A DNA stretch of 34,191 nucleotides from a virus (IMGVR_UViG_3300035135_000934:1-34191); one strand, 5' to 3'. Shown: positions 1 through 8,111, counted from the first letter of the stretch. Made by a program: numbers and translations. Notes: generated from the sequence alone by a model not told the origin.

Positions 1-2
1 CG

Positions 3-143
3 GAGAGGGCGATAGACAGGGCGATATCAGAAGTGAACGGTCATTTTCTTGACCAGTGTCATGTTGATGCAACCGACTGTGCTATCTTCGTCGAAGGAGA
101 GAAAGGGAAGGTTACGATACTGATCGAAGCGATCTTAGCGTAA
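3..143 (+). CDS. 3' end of a hypothetical protein (truncated by window edge)
   Basis: Open frame ERAIDRAISEVNGHFLDQC...ILIEAILA ending in TAA at 141-143. Confidence 0.6.
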   Translation, partial: ERAIDRAISEVNGHFLDQCHVDATDCAIFVEGEKGKVTILIEAILA

Positions 144-164
144 CCCTATATAATGTGCATTTGA

Positions 165-240
165 GTCCCGTTCGTCTAGTGGTCTAGGACTCCGCCCTTT
201 CACGGCGGCAACAGGGGTTCGAACCCCCTACGGGATACCA
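165..240 (+). tRNA. tRNA-Glu (TTC)
   Basis: Cloverleaf GTCCCGT/ACGGGAT, anticodon arm CCGCC-CT-TTC-AC-GGCGG, GTTCGAA T-loop, encoded CCA. Confidence 0.97.
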
Positions 241-259
241 CATACAATTGGAATTTATT

Positions 260-1501
260 ATGAAAAAGCGTGACTACTCACCCGAACAGGTATACCGTCT
301 ACAAGGTACCGTACAAATCGATCACACCCTCGCAAAGATGGGTGCTAGGAAATTACGCGAACTGTTCGAAGAACATGAGTACATCAATACATTTGGAGCA
401 TACAATGGCCAACAAGCAGTCCAACACGTCAAGGCAGGACTCAAAGCAATCTATCTCTCAGGATGGCAGGTTGCCGCATCCGCCAACTCGCACAACGAAG
501 TTTATCCAGATCAGTCTCTTTATGCTGTTGATAGCGTTCCCAATGTTGTCCGCAGTATCAATAATGCATTTAGAAGACAAGACCAAATCGAATATTTGGA
601 ATCTGGAAACGGGTTTGAATTTGCCCCTATTATTGCCGATGCTGAAGCAGGATTCGGAGGAGTTCTAAATGCGTATGAACTTGCAAGAAACCTTATCGAA
701 GCAGGTGCTGCCGCTGTTCACTTTGAAGACCAAGTTGCTGCCGAAAAGAAGTGCGGACACCTTGGAGGAAAAGTTCTTATTCCTACTAGTCAGGCTATAC
801 GCAATCTTAACGCCGCTCGCCTTGCTAGTGACGTTGCTCGCACCGATACTGTTGTTATCGCTCGCACTGACGCCGAGTCTGCGAAACTAATCTCAAGCAA
901 CATTTCAGACATCGACAAACCATTCATCAAGAGAGTCGCGCAGGGCACTGCGGGATCTATTCAATGTCGTACACAAGAAGGGTTCTACCAACTACAAGAA
1001 GGTCGTGGGTTGGAGTTCGGTTGTGTGCGCGGTCAGGCATACGCAGAATACGCAGACCTCGTTTGGTGCGAGACATCGACACCAGACTTGAAGGATGCGA
1101 AGCGTTTCGCCGATGCAGTTAAAGGTGCAGTTCCAGACGCGATGCTCGCGTACAACTGTTCACCATCATTCAACTGGCGCAAGTCAATCCCCGGCGATCA
1201 AGAACTAAAAGAGTTCCAGAGAGAACTAGGTCGCATGGGATTCAAGTTCCAGTTTATAACACTTGCTGGTTTCCACCAGACTAACTATGCAGTCTTTGAT
1301 TTCGCAAACCGATACAAAGATGAGGGGATGTATGCTTACAGTTTATTACAGGAGGCAGAGTTCGATGCAGAAGAGCGCGGATACACCGGAGCAAAACACC
1401 AAAGAGAGGTTGGAGTCGGCTACTTTGACGCGATTACGACAACTCTGGGTTCTTCTTCGACCGCAGCGATGGCGGGTTCAACCGAAGAAGACCAGTTCTA
1501 A
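260..1501 (+). CDS. aceA: Isocitrate lyase (glyoxylate shunt), phage-carried metabolic gene
   Basis: Catalytic KKCGHLGGK motif, AIYLSGWQVAA, YPDQSLY, PIIADAEAGFGG, LAYNCSPSFNW, C-terminal HQREVGVGYFD...GSTEEDQF. Confidence 0.97.
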   Translation: MKKRDYSPEQVYRLQGTVQIDHTLAKMGARKLRELFEEHEYINTFGAYNGQQAVQHVKAGLKAIYLSGWQVAASANSHNEVYPDQSLYAVDSVPNVVRSINNAFRRQDQIEYLESGNGFEFAPIIADAEAGFGGVLNAYELARNLIEAGAAAVHFEDQVAAEKKCGHLGGKVLIPTSQAIRNLNAARLASDVARTDTVVIARTDAESAKLISSNISDIDKPFIKRVAQGTAGSIQCRTQEGFYQLQEGRGLEFGCVRGQAYAEYADLVWCETSTPDLKDAKRFADAVKGAVPDAMLAYNCSPSFNWRKSIPGDQELKEFQRELGRMGFKFQFITLAGFHQTNYAVFDFANRYKDEGMYAYSLLQEAEFDAEERGYTGAKHQREVGVGYFDAITTTLGSSSTAAMAGSTEEDQF

Positions 1502-1546
1502 GGCGGCACCACCTAATAAGTGTATATGGGATCTGGAGAACGAAGG

Positions 1547-1846
1547 ATGACTGATATTGCAGAATCACCCATTTCCAAAACAGGTAATGAGGAGTGGGAT
1601 AAGACATTCAACGAATGTTTTTGGGAGAACATGAGACAGGTGATGTGGAGTCACTCGTGTATGTTCAACGGACAGCACTACGTTGCAAAGGGTTACGAGT
1701 GTAACTGGTGCGGTTGCAAGGAAGAGGACGAACCGAAACCGGAATACGTTGAGGTCGTAGGTGATATTGGTCGCACTCCGTCGGCAGTTGATGATGCCGC
1801 AGATGTGATGAGTGGATACAATCGTTTTAAATCAAGGAAGAGATAA
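1547..1846 (+). CDS. Hypothetical protein with possible Zn-binding H-x-C...CNWC
   Basis: ORF with GGAGA RBS before ATG 1547; abuts next gene. Confidence 0.65.
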   Translation: MTDIAESPISKTGNEEWDKTFNECFWENMRQVMWSHSCMFNGQHYVAKGYECNWCGCKEEDEPKPEYVEVVGDIGRTPSAVDDAADVMSGYNRFKSRKR

Positions 1847-2049
1847 TGCCAATAAAGTACAAGCGAAGTAACGTTGCGAAGAGTCGTCTGAAGAAGACCA
1901 AGACGCAACACTTCTATATGCACCAACTCGACAATGCGCAGCTCTGGAAGGAGTTCGACAGTTGTAATGAAAAGAAGTATAAGAACAAGATGCGCACTGA
2001 GTTGTACAAGCGCGGGTTCAAGTTAGAGGACTTTGCCGAACGTGGATGA
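1846..2049 (+). CDS. Small basic hypothetical protein
   Basis: TAATG stop/start coupling with upstream ORF; Lys/Arg-rich. Confidence 0.65.
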   Translation: MPIKYKRSNVAKSRLKKTKTQHFYMHQLDNAQLWKEFDSCNEKKYKNKMRTELYKRGFKLEDFAERG

Positions 2050-2173
2050 TATCGGTCTGTTAGGTCTCCTAGCAGTTTTCTTGTGTCCTATGGTGTTTGG
2101 TGGTATCACGATGTACTACTCACACAAGTCCATACATAAGTCAACCCTAGATAGATGGGAGAAACAGAAATGA
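2042..2173 (+). CDS. Small single-TM membrane protein (43 aa; not in ORF track)
   Basis: GTG start, MDDIGLLGLLAVFLCPMVFGGITMYYSHK..., overlaps both neighbours. Confidence 0.55.
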   Translation: MDDIGLLGLLAVFLCPMVFGGITMYYSHKSIHKSTLDRWEKQK

Positions 2174-2322
2174 TCTCAATGTGGTGGCCTCTTGGCATCA
2201 TCATGGTATCGCCGATTCTTTTTTTCTTTGCAGGTGCTTACGGCGATTACCAATCTACAGGTAAGTGGCCGTGGACACGTAAGAAGAAAGATAAAGTGAA
2301 TTCGGGGGCGAAATTCGGATGA
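2170..2322 (+). CDS. Small single-TM membrane protein (50 aa; not in ORF track)
   Basis: ATGA overlaps at both ends; MISMWWPLGIIMVSPILFFFAGAYG... followed by basic tail. Confidence 0.6.
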   Translation: MISMWWPLGIIMVSPILFFFAGAYGDYQSTGKWPWTRKKKDKVNSGAKFG

Positions 2323-2696
2323 AGTTTAAGATAGTGTACAGAGAGGAGAACGAGTCAATCTTCCCTTGGAAGTCTCGTTACCGTGGTGTCGTATTATGGC
2401 CATACATGATAATGCGACCAAAGAAATACGCGACGGGATCAGTCGCACAATCTGAGTTGATGACACGACGATCACTCGTTAAGTTGTATCGACACGAGTT
2501 GCAACACTGTTATCAGATCAAAGAGAGAGGCGTCATCGGGTTCTACGTCCGATACGTATTCTTGAGTTTCGTGAAAGGTTACTGGAACCATCCAGATGAA
2601 CTAGAGGCGCGTCAGTACGAGAATGAAAAATTGACCCCTTTAGAAGAGAAGTGGCTCCACGAAGGGGTCGTGAACTTAAACGATTTGAACGACTGA
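2319..2696 (+). CDS. Putative HExxH zinc metallopeptidase-like protein (DUF4157-like)
   Basis: HELQHCYQ motif plus downstream YWNHPDELEAR third-ligand motif. Confidence 0.7.
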   Translation: MKFKIVYREENESIFPWKSRYRGVVLWPYMIMRPKKYATGSVAQSELMTRRSLVKLYRHELQHCYQIKERGVIGFYVRYVFLSFVKGYWNHPDELEARQYENEKLTPLEEKWLHEGVVNLNDLND

Positions 2697-2960
2697 ACAG
2701 ACGTTCGACTTGTTATCCACCAGAACACGGAGCCTAGATTTTTCATTTATCTTGTTTCCGTTGTTCTTCACCACGACCTTTGAGTCTGGTGAGATTTTTA
2801 AATCACAGTCATGTGAAATCTTGACATCTGCATGATCTTGTGATACAATGCGTATGTCTTTTGATGAGATGATCAGTTGATCGTCTTTACAGACTGTGAC
2901 TGAGTTTGCAAGTGCTGTTGGTGTGAATAGACACATCATCAACGCAATAGTGTATTTCAT
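2676..2960 (-). CDS. Small secreted/periplasmic protein; only convincing minus-strand gene
   Basis: Signal peptide MKYTIALMMCLFTPTALA, AGGAG RBS on minus strand (2968-2972), no competing + strand ORF. Confidence 0.75.
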   Translation of the reverse strand: MKYTIALMMCLFTPTALANSVTVCKDDQLIISSKDIRIVSQDHADVKISHDCDLKISPDSKVVVKNNGNKINEKSRLRVLVDNKSNVCSVVQIV

Positions 2961-2972
2961 TTGCTTTCTCCT

Positions 2973-2996
2973 GTCGTCATCACGACGACTTTTGTT
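2973..2996 (+). terminator. Probable intrinsic terminator (hairpin GTCGTC-ATCAC-GACGAC plus TTTTGTT)
   Basis: Perfect 6-bp GC-rich stem followed by T-tract; the same hairpin lies in the leader of the minus-strand gene. Confidence 0.5.
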
Positions 2997-3016
2997 GCCT
3001 CACGGCAGTTAATGGT

Positions 3017-3034
3017 GTTACAGTTTTATGACAC
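3017..3034 (-). promoter_or_regulatory. Pho box (PhoB-type binding site)
   Basis: Minus strand GTGTCATAAAACTGTAAC closely matches the E. coli-type consensus CTGTCATA(A/T)A(A/T)CTGT(C/A)A(C/T); two 11-bp-spaced TGTCA/TGTAA repeats. Confidence 0.65.
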
Positions 3035-3079
3035 TGTTATAGTATATATACGTAATGTTAATTTTACGTAAAGATTTTT

Positions 3080-3155
3080 TGGCGAGTAGTTCAGTTGGTA
3101 GAACGCGTGACTGTTAATCACGTTGTCGCAGGTTCGAGCCCTGCCTCGCCAGCCA
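3080..3155 (+). tRNA. tRNA-Asn (GTT)
   Basis: TGGCGAG/CTCGCCA acceptor, CGTGA-CT-GTT-AA-TCACG anticodon arm, CCA. Confidence 0.96.
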
Positions 3156-3159
3156 CATT

Positions 3160-3244
3160 GCGAGAGTGGTGGAATTGGTAGACACGCTGGTTTTAGGTAC
3201 CAGTGCCGCAAGGCGTGAGAGTTCGAGTCTCTCCTTTCGCACCA
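3160..3244 (+). tRNA. tRNA-Leu (TAG)
   Basis: Class II tRNA with long variable arm, CTGGT-TT-TAG-GT-ACCAG, ACCA end. Confidence 0.96.
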
Positions 3245-3270
3245 ATTTATAATGAACCAGTGAGAAGATA

Positions 3271-3624
3271 ATGACCATGAAGGCAGGAAAGATTTGGGGA
3301 CAAACAGAACTTATTCACGCGAATGGCGTGTTGGAGTTTCACCGTATCGAGTACAAGAAAGGTTTCAAGTGTTCCGAACATCTCCACCAATATAAGTGGA
3401 ACGGGTTCTTCGTAGAGTCCGGTCAGATGATCGTGCGCGTATGGCAGGACGACCAAGACGGTCTTGTCGACGAAACCATCCTTAACGCAGGCGACTTCAC
3501 CCAAGTCAAGCCAGGCAAGATCCACCAGTTCGAAGGACTCAAAGACGGAGTCGCATTCGAGTTATACTGGGCGGAGTTCAATCATAACGACATCGTCCGT
3601 CGCACTATCGGCAGTAAATCTTAA
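3271..3624 (+). CDS. Cupin-fold protein
   Basis: CSEHLHQYKWNGFFVESG and QVKPGKIHQF cupin motifs 1 and 2. Confidence 0.8.
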   Translation: MTMKAGKIWGQTELIHANGVLEFHRIEYKKGFKCSEHLHQYKWNGFFVESGQMIVRVWQDDQDGLVDETILNAGDFTQVKPGKIHQFEGLKDGVAFELYWAEFNHNDIVRRTIGSKS

Positions 3625-3706
3625 AAAAAGTGCAAAATTACCATTGACACACGTTTCTAAATCAAGTACAATTACTCTGTAATTTGATGATGAGAGATTA
3701 ATTGTT
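3622..3706 (+). promoter_or_regulatory. Sigma70-type early promoter with A-tract UP element (repeat copy 1)
   Basis: TTGACA 3644-3649, 17-bp spacer, TACAAT 3667-3672; near-identical to 32848-32911. Confidence 0.85.
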
Positions 3707-4198
3707 ATGACCCCTGAACAAGAATTTAAGAAACTTTTTGAACGAATGTACGAACTGTGTCAAGAGAACGATTGGGGAGACCCATTCTCTTATGCTCGTT
3801 CGCGTGAGATTCACATTGCCGGTACACTAGGACATGAGATTAGTCCTACCTTGTCTGGTGCCGACGGTATCGACGAAGCTGGTGAGTGTGAGTACAAGTC
3901 GACCATTGCTAAGAAGATTCAAGGTACATACAACGGCATCTCTGTCCAACCATCTTGGTCAGATCAAGTCAAGTACCTAGAAGAGAAGAAGATCTTGAAG
4001 TACGCCCATCACTATTTTGCTCGATACAACGGTGGTGAGATCGCTGAGATTTACCGATTGACAGGTCGTCAAGTTTTTGATATAATCGTACCCAAATTGA
4101 AAAAGAAGTTTCCAAACGCCGCTGGTAAGAAAGATCCACGTCTAGGCGCTATGGTGACACATACTGAAATCCTACGAAACGGAGTTAAGGTTTTATGA
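3707..4198 (+). CDS. PvuII-like PD-(D/E)xK restriction-type endonuclease
   Basis: GADGIDEAGECEYKS catalytic motif; KYAHHYFARYNGGEIAEIYRL and ILRNGVKVL resemble the corresponding R.PvuII segments as I recall them; similar length. Confidence 0.65.
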   Translation: MTPEQEFKKLFERMYELCQENDWGDPFSYARSREIHIAGTLGHEISPTLSGADGIDEAGECEYKSTIAKKIQGTYNGISVQPSWSDQVKYLEEKKILKYAHHYFARYNGGEIAEIYRLTGRQVFDIIVPKLKKKFPNAAGKKDPRLGAMVTHTEILRNGVKVL

Positions 4199-5127
4199 TA
4201 GTAGATTATGATCGTGTAGACGGTCTTTACAAAAAGCGAGTTAGTGGCGAGTTGAATGCCCAAGAGGTCAACATCGACCCATTCTTTAAAGTGGTAGACA
4301 AGGAAGAACGTATTGCGGAACCCGTTAATCGCGTTCAGGTTAGAGAGTATTTGGTTGATCCTAATAAGGTCAATAAGATTGCCCAACTTATAATAAGAAA
4401 CGGCGATCGTAATATCGACCCTATGGATATCGTTGTGAATTATCCCAACGATGCTGGTCAAGCCATCATTGGTGGTAACCATACTTGCGGCGGTCTTTTT
4501 GAGGTAGGTCGCGATTCTGGAAAAGCATTTGTCTACGATTTCTTTGAAGATTTTGACGGAAATAAAGAGAACGTCAAGAGATATGCGAACCTTGTAAACT
4601 GTCCAAGTGACGGTAAGTTTAGTGACTTTATCACTGAACATGAAGTCAAGCGAGAATTGTATGACTTGATGGATGCTCGTCAAAAAGCTGGACTTGAGGC
4701 AGTACCATCGGAAGAAGAAAAGAGGAAGCTTCTGCAGCCATATCCTTTTGTCAATCTAGCTACTCTAGGACAGTGGATCGGACATCACCCAACTTACGGC
4801 GGACGTGTTGCACCAAGAATCATGTACGATCCAGCGAAACTTGCCAGTATCCGAGTTTCATATGAGCATATGGAAGCATACAAAGGTTGGAATATTTTAT
4901 CACCAAGAACTTTGAATGCGGCGAACGAAGAAGCTCTAGCGGCGGCAATAAAGAAGATCACAGAGACGGGGATCAAAAAAGTTCTGATTCCGATTTATGC
5001 GAGTACAAAAGCACACGCAGATAGACTCGCTAAGGGTGAAGTGCAGGCATCGATTCAAAAAATGTACGACGAAATCGGTGAAGTGTTGGGTATTACCTTG
5101 AAGGCTGAATTCTTAAAGTATGAGTAA
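4195..5127 (+). CDS. Hypothetical protein with putative ParB/Srx-like N-terminal domain
   Basis: IDPMDIVV...AIIGGNHT resembles the ParB/Srx 'P-i-v-v...i-D-G-x-H-R' motif; ATGA overlap with upstream gene. Confidence 0.5.
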   Translation: MIVDYDRVDGLYKKRVSGELNAQEVNIDPFFKVVDKEERIAEPVNRVQVREYLVDPNKVNKIAQLIIRNGDRNIDPMDIVVNYPNDAGQAIIGGNHTCGGLFEVGRDSGKAFVYDFFEDFDGNKENVKRYANLVNCPSDGKFSDFITEHEVKRELYDLMDARQKAGLEAVPSEEEKRKLLQPYPFVNLATLGQWIGHHPTYGGRVAPRIMYDPAKLASIRVSYEHMEAYKGWNILSPRTLNAANEEALAAAIKKITETGIKKVLIPIYASTKAHADRLAKGEVQASIQKMYDEIGEVLGITLKAEFLKYE

Positions 5128-5668
5128 ATCCTTTGCAAAAGAACTGACATATTCTGTCGGTGGTAATGATGAGTGCTACACCCCAGACTATGGGGTGACA
5201 CCTATCTTAAAATACATACCCGTGGGTGCCACTGTGTGGTGCCCTTTCGACACTGAAGAGTCTGAGTTTGTCAAGCAAATATCCCAACAGAATAAAGTTG
5301 TTCGATCCCATATATGGGACAACCAAGACTTTTTTGAGTACGAACCAGACAGATGGGATGTGATGGTATCCAACCCGCCATTCACTAACAAGAGAAAGTA
5401 CTTCGAACGAGCATTGAGTTTCAACAAACCCTTCGCTCTAATCATGACTAATACTTGGTTGAACGATTCTGCTCCTAAGCAACTGTTCAAAGAGAAGGAT
5501 CTGCAACTATTGATGTTTGAACGTAGGATGAAGTTTAATTCTCCAGACGGTCGACCTAATGACAAAATCACGTTCAGTTCTTCGTATTACTGCTGGAACT
5601 TTTTACCCAAGCAAATTATTATGGAGACTTTCCCTGAACCAAAATCTCCACTTGAGGAGTTTATGTAA
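5120..5668 (+). CDS. DNA amino-(N6-adenine/N4-cytosine) methyltransferase, small phage type
   Basis: VSNPPF motif IV, N-terminal DECYTP, VWCPFD, QDFFEY. Confidence 0.85.
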   Translation: MSKSFAKELTYSVGGNDECYTPDYGVTPILKYIPVGATVWCPFDTEESEFVKQISQQNKVVRSHIWDNQDFFEYEPDRWDVMVSNPPFTNKRKYFERALSFNKPFALIMTNTWLNDSAPKQLFKEKDLQLLMFERRMKFNSPDGRPNDKITFSSSYYCWNFLPKQIIMETFPEPKSPLEEFM

Positions 5669-5970
5669 TGCCCCCTAAGCAAGGACGTGGTGACCCGATG
5701 GTGAGAGCAGACGGTCGCAATAAACCAGACCGCGAATGGTACCCCGAAAACTTCGATTGGTACCTCAAGTGGGTCGCATCTATTTTAATCCTCGCATCCC
5801 TTGCGATGCGTTCCGCAGGACCAGAGTACCGAATGTACGATCTCGTGATCGGATTCATGGGTATCATTCTGTGGACGTGGGTGTCGGTCATCTGGAAAGA
5901 TCGCGCGTTAATCATGTTGAACGCAATTTCTGGATTTATGATCTTGACAACCATACTACGGGAGTGGTAA
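5668..5970 (+). CDS. Three-TM membrane protein (DUF6552-like)
   Basis: WYLKWVAS...W.DRALIMLN pattern with three hydrophobic helices. Confidence 0.7.
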   Translation: MPPKQGRGDPMVRADGRNKPDREWYPENFDWYLKWVASILILASLAMRSAGPEYRMYDLVIGFMGIILWTWVSVIWKDRALIMLNAISGFMILTTILREW

Positions 5971-5971
5971 A

Positions 5972-6130
5972 ATGGACATCGAAAAACATATTGCAACTTG
6001 GGTGTATTGGACCTATCGAGATTTGAAGGTCAAACCTGAATGGTTAGAACGTGACTTCCAGAAGTCAAAGGTAATTTTAGGAATAGATGATGGCGAAGAA
6101 AACACCGAAAATCGACTACAAGTTCAGTGA
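5972..6130 (+). CDS. Small hypothetical protein (52 aa; not in ORF track)
   Basis: MDIEKHIATWVYWTYRDLK..., GGAG RBS, fills the gap between genes. Confidence 0.5.
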   Translation: MDIEKHIATWVYWTYRDLKVKPEWLERDFQKSKVILGIDDGEENTENRLQVQ

Positions 6131-6386
6131 GGATAGACTCATCGCAGAGTTCGCAGAATACGTGGACGCAACCTACGACCAACACTACGCGAAGCAGAAG
6201 TTTCAGGCGACTGAGTTTATCGTAGACGGTGGCCACGGTACGGGGTTTTGTATTGGAAACGTGTTGAAGTATGCGCAACGGTATGGTAAGAAAGGTACCG
6301 AAGCAGACGCACGTAAAGACCTAATGAAAGTTCTCCACTACGCACTGATTCAGTTACACGTACATGACCAATCTGCTTCTAACTGA
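6087..6386 (+). CDS. DUF3310 (T7 gp1.7/SaV-like) putative nucleotide kinase
   Basis: HY...GFCIGNVLKYAQRYGKK...DLMKVLHY signature. Confidence 0.8.
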   Translation: MMAKKTPKIDYKFSEDRLIAEFAEYVDATYDQHYAKQKFQATEFIVDGGHGTGFCIGNVLKYAQRYGKKGTEADARKDLMKVLHYALIQLHVHDQSASN

Positions 6387-6999
6387 TAGAATTCGTTACG
6401 TCGGTCTAGGTGACCGACTTGACGCCCTAGGTGTCGCAAAGATCATGAGCAAAGAAGGACGCGTAAAGATCCTTCAGCCCAATGGTTGGTTCCGACAACT
6501 AGAAGAACTCACGGAGTTGTTCGATCTCAACTGCGTTTACTATCACGGTAAACCAGTGGATCATGAGACCTACAGAGTCCACGATCCGGACGGAGACCAC
6601 AAGTTCTGGAGTGTCCGCGACTACCCTCGATTGAGCGTCGATCTCGATCTGGAGTTGCCGAAGAAATTCGTGACCATGCAGTTTGATGGTACACATAATC
6701 ATAATAGGATTCGCAATCCTCAGACAATTATGTCAGAGTGGCGCGAACAGGGGTACGACATTATCCAAGTTGGTGGTAAGGCGACCGATCCAAGGTTTGC
6801 ACCCAAGGCGGGTAATCTCAAAAACATAGCTTACGCAATGTCTAAGTCTCACGGACATATCGGTGTCGATTCGGGTATGATGCATCTCGCAAAGTTCTCA
6901 ATGGACGCAGATAAAATTTGTGTATATACAGTTATGGAACGAAAGACTAGTTTTGTGTGTGCCCTTGAGAAAAAAGGAGCACTTATTTTAGAGCACTAG
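6364..6999 (+). CDS. GT-B glycosyltransferase (family 9, heptosyltransferase-like)
   Basis: N-terminal GLGD and C-terminal HIGVDSGMMHLA motifs. Confidence 0.7.
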   Translation: MTNLLLTDRIRYVGLGDRLDALGVAKIMSKEGRVKILQPNGWFRQLEELTELFDLNCVYYHGKPVDHETYRVHDPDGDHKFWSVRDYPRLSVDLDLELPKKFVTMQFDGTHNHNRIRNPQTIMSEWREQGYDIIQVGGKATDPRFAPKAGNLKNIAYAMSKSHGHIGVDSGMMHLAKFSMDADKICVYTVMERKTSFVCALEKKGALILEH

Positions 7000-7075
7000 G
7001 AGCGGTAGTTCAGTTGGTTAGAATACCTGCCTGTCACGCAGGGGGTCGCGGGTTCGAGTCCCGTCCGCTCCGCCA
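6999..7075 (+). tRNA. tRNA-Asp (GTC)
   Basis: GGAGCGG/CCGCTCC acceptor, CCTGC-CT-GTC-AC-GCAGG, CCA; first base shared with the upstream TAG stop. Confidence 0.97.
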
Positions 7076-7092
7076 ACTTTCGAGAGAAAATT

Positions 7093-7320
7093 ATGAGATT
7101 TCTTTTAGTTGTAGTATTGACAGTGGTAGCAAGCTGTAGTACAATGGGAGAACAAGTGGATAAAGGTCTCTGTCTCAAGTGGACTACCTTTACCTCTGAG
7201 AGACTAGAATGTGCCGGTGGTCGTGGTGTTGCGCAACAAGTTTGCGTAGTGCGAGAAATACAAATGGCGCACTGTTTAGTTTGGGAATGGCCAGAAGGTC
7301 GTCCGGAGGGTGAATCGTGA
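7093..7320 (+). CDS. Small Cys-rich lipoprotein (paralog 1)
   Basis: Lipobox VASC, four further Cys starting CLKW. Confidence 0.75.
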   Translation: MRFLLVVVLTVVASCSTMGEQVDKGLCLKWTTFTSERLECAGGRGVAQQVCVVREIQMAHCLVWEWPEGRPEGES

Positions 7321-7529
7321 ACAAGTGGATTCTGCCCGTCGTAATGGTTACTGGATGTGCCACACAAGAAGATGATCGTATCTGCCTTGAGTGGGAATCC
7401 CGAACAGAAATTAAAGAAAGGTGCATCCCCATGTATGGCAACTTGATATGTGCGGATGAGGAAAGAGTAAGGCACTGGTGTGTTCTATATGATGAACCCA
7501 TCGGTAAACCGGATGATAATGATGCGTAA
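7317..7529 (+). CDS. Small Cys-rich lipoprotein (paralog 2)
   Basis: Lipobox VTGC, four further Cys starting CLEW; GTGA overlap. Confidence 0.75.
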   Translation: MNKWILPVVMVTGCATQEDDRICLEWESRTEIKERCIPMYGNLICADEERVRHWCVLYDEPIGKPDDNDA

Positions 7530-7761
7530 AAGTATAACCCCATATCTTCTGAAGTTGGATGACCGACTTTGGGACGAGATCGAAGACAACCGAATGGCAC
7601 TGAAGGCATTGTTTCCTTCAGGTGTATCCAAGAAAGAGTTTATCCAGAATGCGATAATCGCATACAATCAATCATTTGTTGAGTCTGGGGTTAAAGAGAA
7701 ACTAAGACAAATCCGACCAGTGGAGATTGAAGATCCGCTGTCGCCATACTACGGGGAGTAA
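7519..7761 (+). CDS. Possible ribbon-helix-helix (Arc/CopG-like) DNA-binding protein
   Basis: YLLKLDDRLWDEI...VSKKEFIQNAI beta-helix-helix pattern; start codon uncertain (7513/7519/7522). Confidence 0.5.
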   Translation: MMRKSITPYLLKLDDRLWDEIEDNRMALKALFPSGVSKKEFIQNAIIAYNQSFVESGVKEKLRQIRPVEIEDPLSPYYGE

Positions 7762-7763
7762 AA

Positions 7764-7964
7764 ATGGCAAGAGGTAAGTTAGAAACCAAGCGCCGTCGTG
7801 AAGGTGCTTTAGAGCGTCTCCGTGCGTCAAAGTTCTTTGAGAAGAACGATCGCACAGAGGCAAAGTGGCAGGCACGTAAGGACAAGGAGATCGAGATTCT
7901 TGAGATCGCCCTTGGACTCAAGCAACCTGCTAAAGTGAAGAGGGAGGAGATCTCCCTCGATTGA
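7764..7964 (+). CDS. Small basic hypothetical protein
   Basis: GGAG RBS, RRREGALERL motif. Confidence 0.7.
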   Translation: MARGKLETKRRREGALERLRASKFFEKNDRTEAKWQARKDKEIEILEIALGLKQPAKVKREEISLD

Positions 7965-7977
7965 TAAGGGGAATGCT

Positions 7978-8106
7978 ATGGAAATCCTAGCAGTTGTAGC
8001 AGTAGTTGTAGTAGTGTACTTTGTAGTACGTAGTCGCGGAGGCAAAGGTGGTTCAGGTGGATCCGGCGGTGGCGGCGGTAGTAACCCTAACGACAACCTG
8101 AAGTAA
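7978..8106 (+). CDS. Tiny membrane protein with Gly-rich tail (42 aa; not in ORF track)
   Basis: MEILAVVAVVVVVYFVVRSRGGKGGSGGSGGGGGSNPNDNLK, AAGGGG RBS. Confidence 0.65.
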   Translation: MEILAVVAVVVVVYFVVRSRGGKGGSGGSGGGGGSNPNDNLK

Positions 8107-8111
8107 GAGTT

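Noticed and set aside
4069-4683. 204-aa minus-strand ORF and other long antisense ORFs (e.g. 20053-20700, 27133-27576, 28470-28892)
   Set aside because: Fully overlap well-supported + strand genes; no motifs or RBS
8036-8082. GGT/GGC-rich repeat as a DNA repeat or G-quadruplex element
   Set aside because: Explained by the Gly-rich tail of the 42-aa membrane protein
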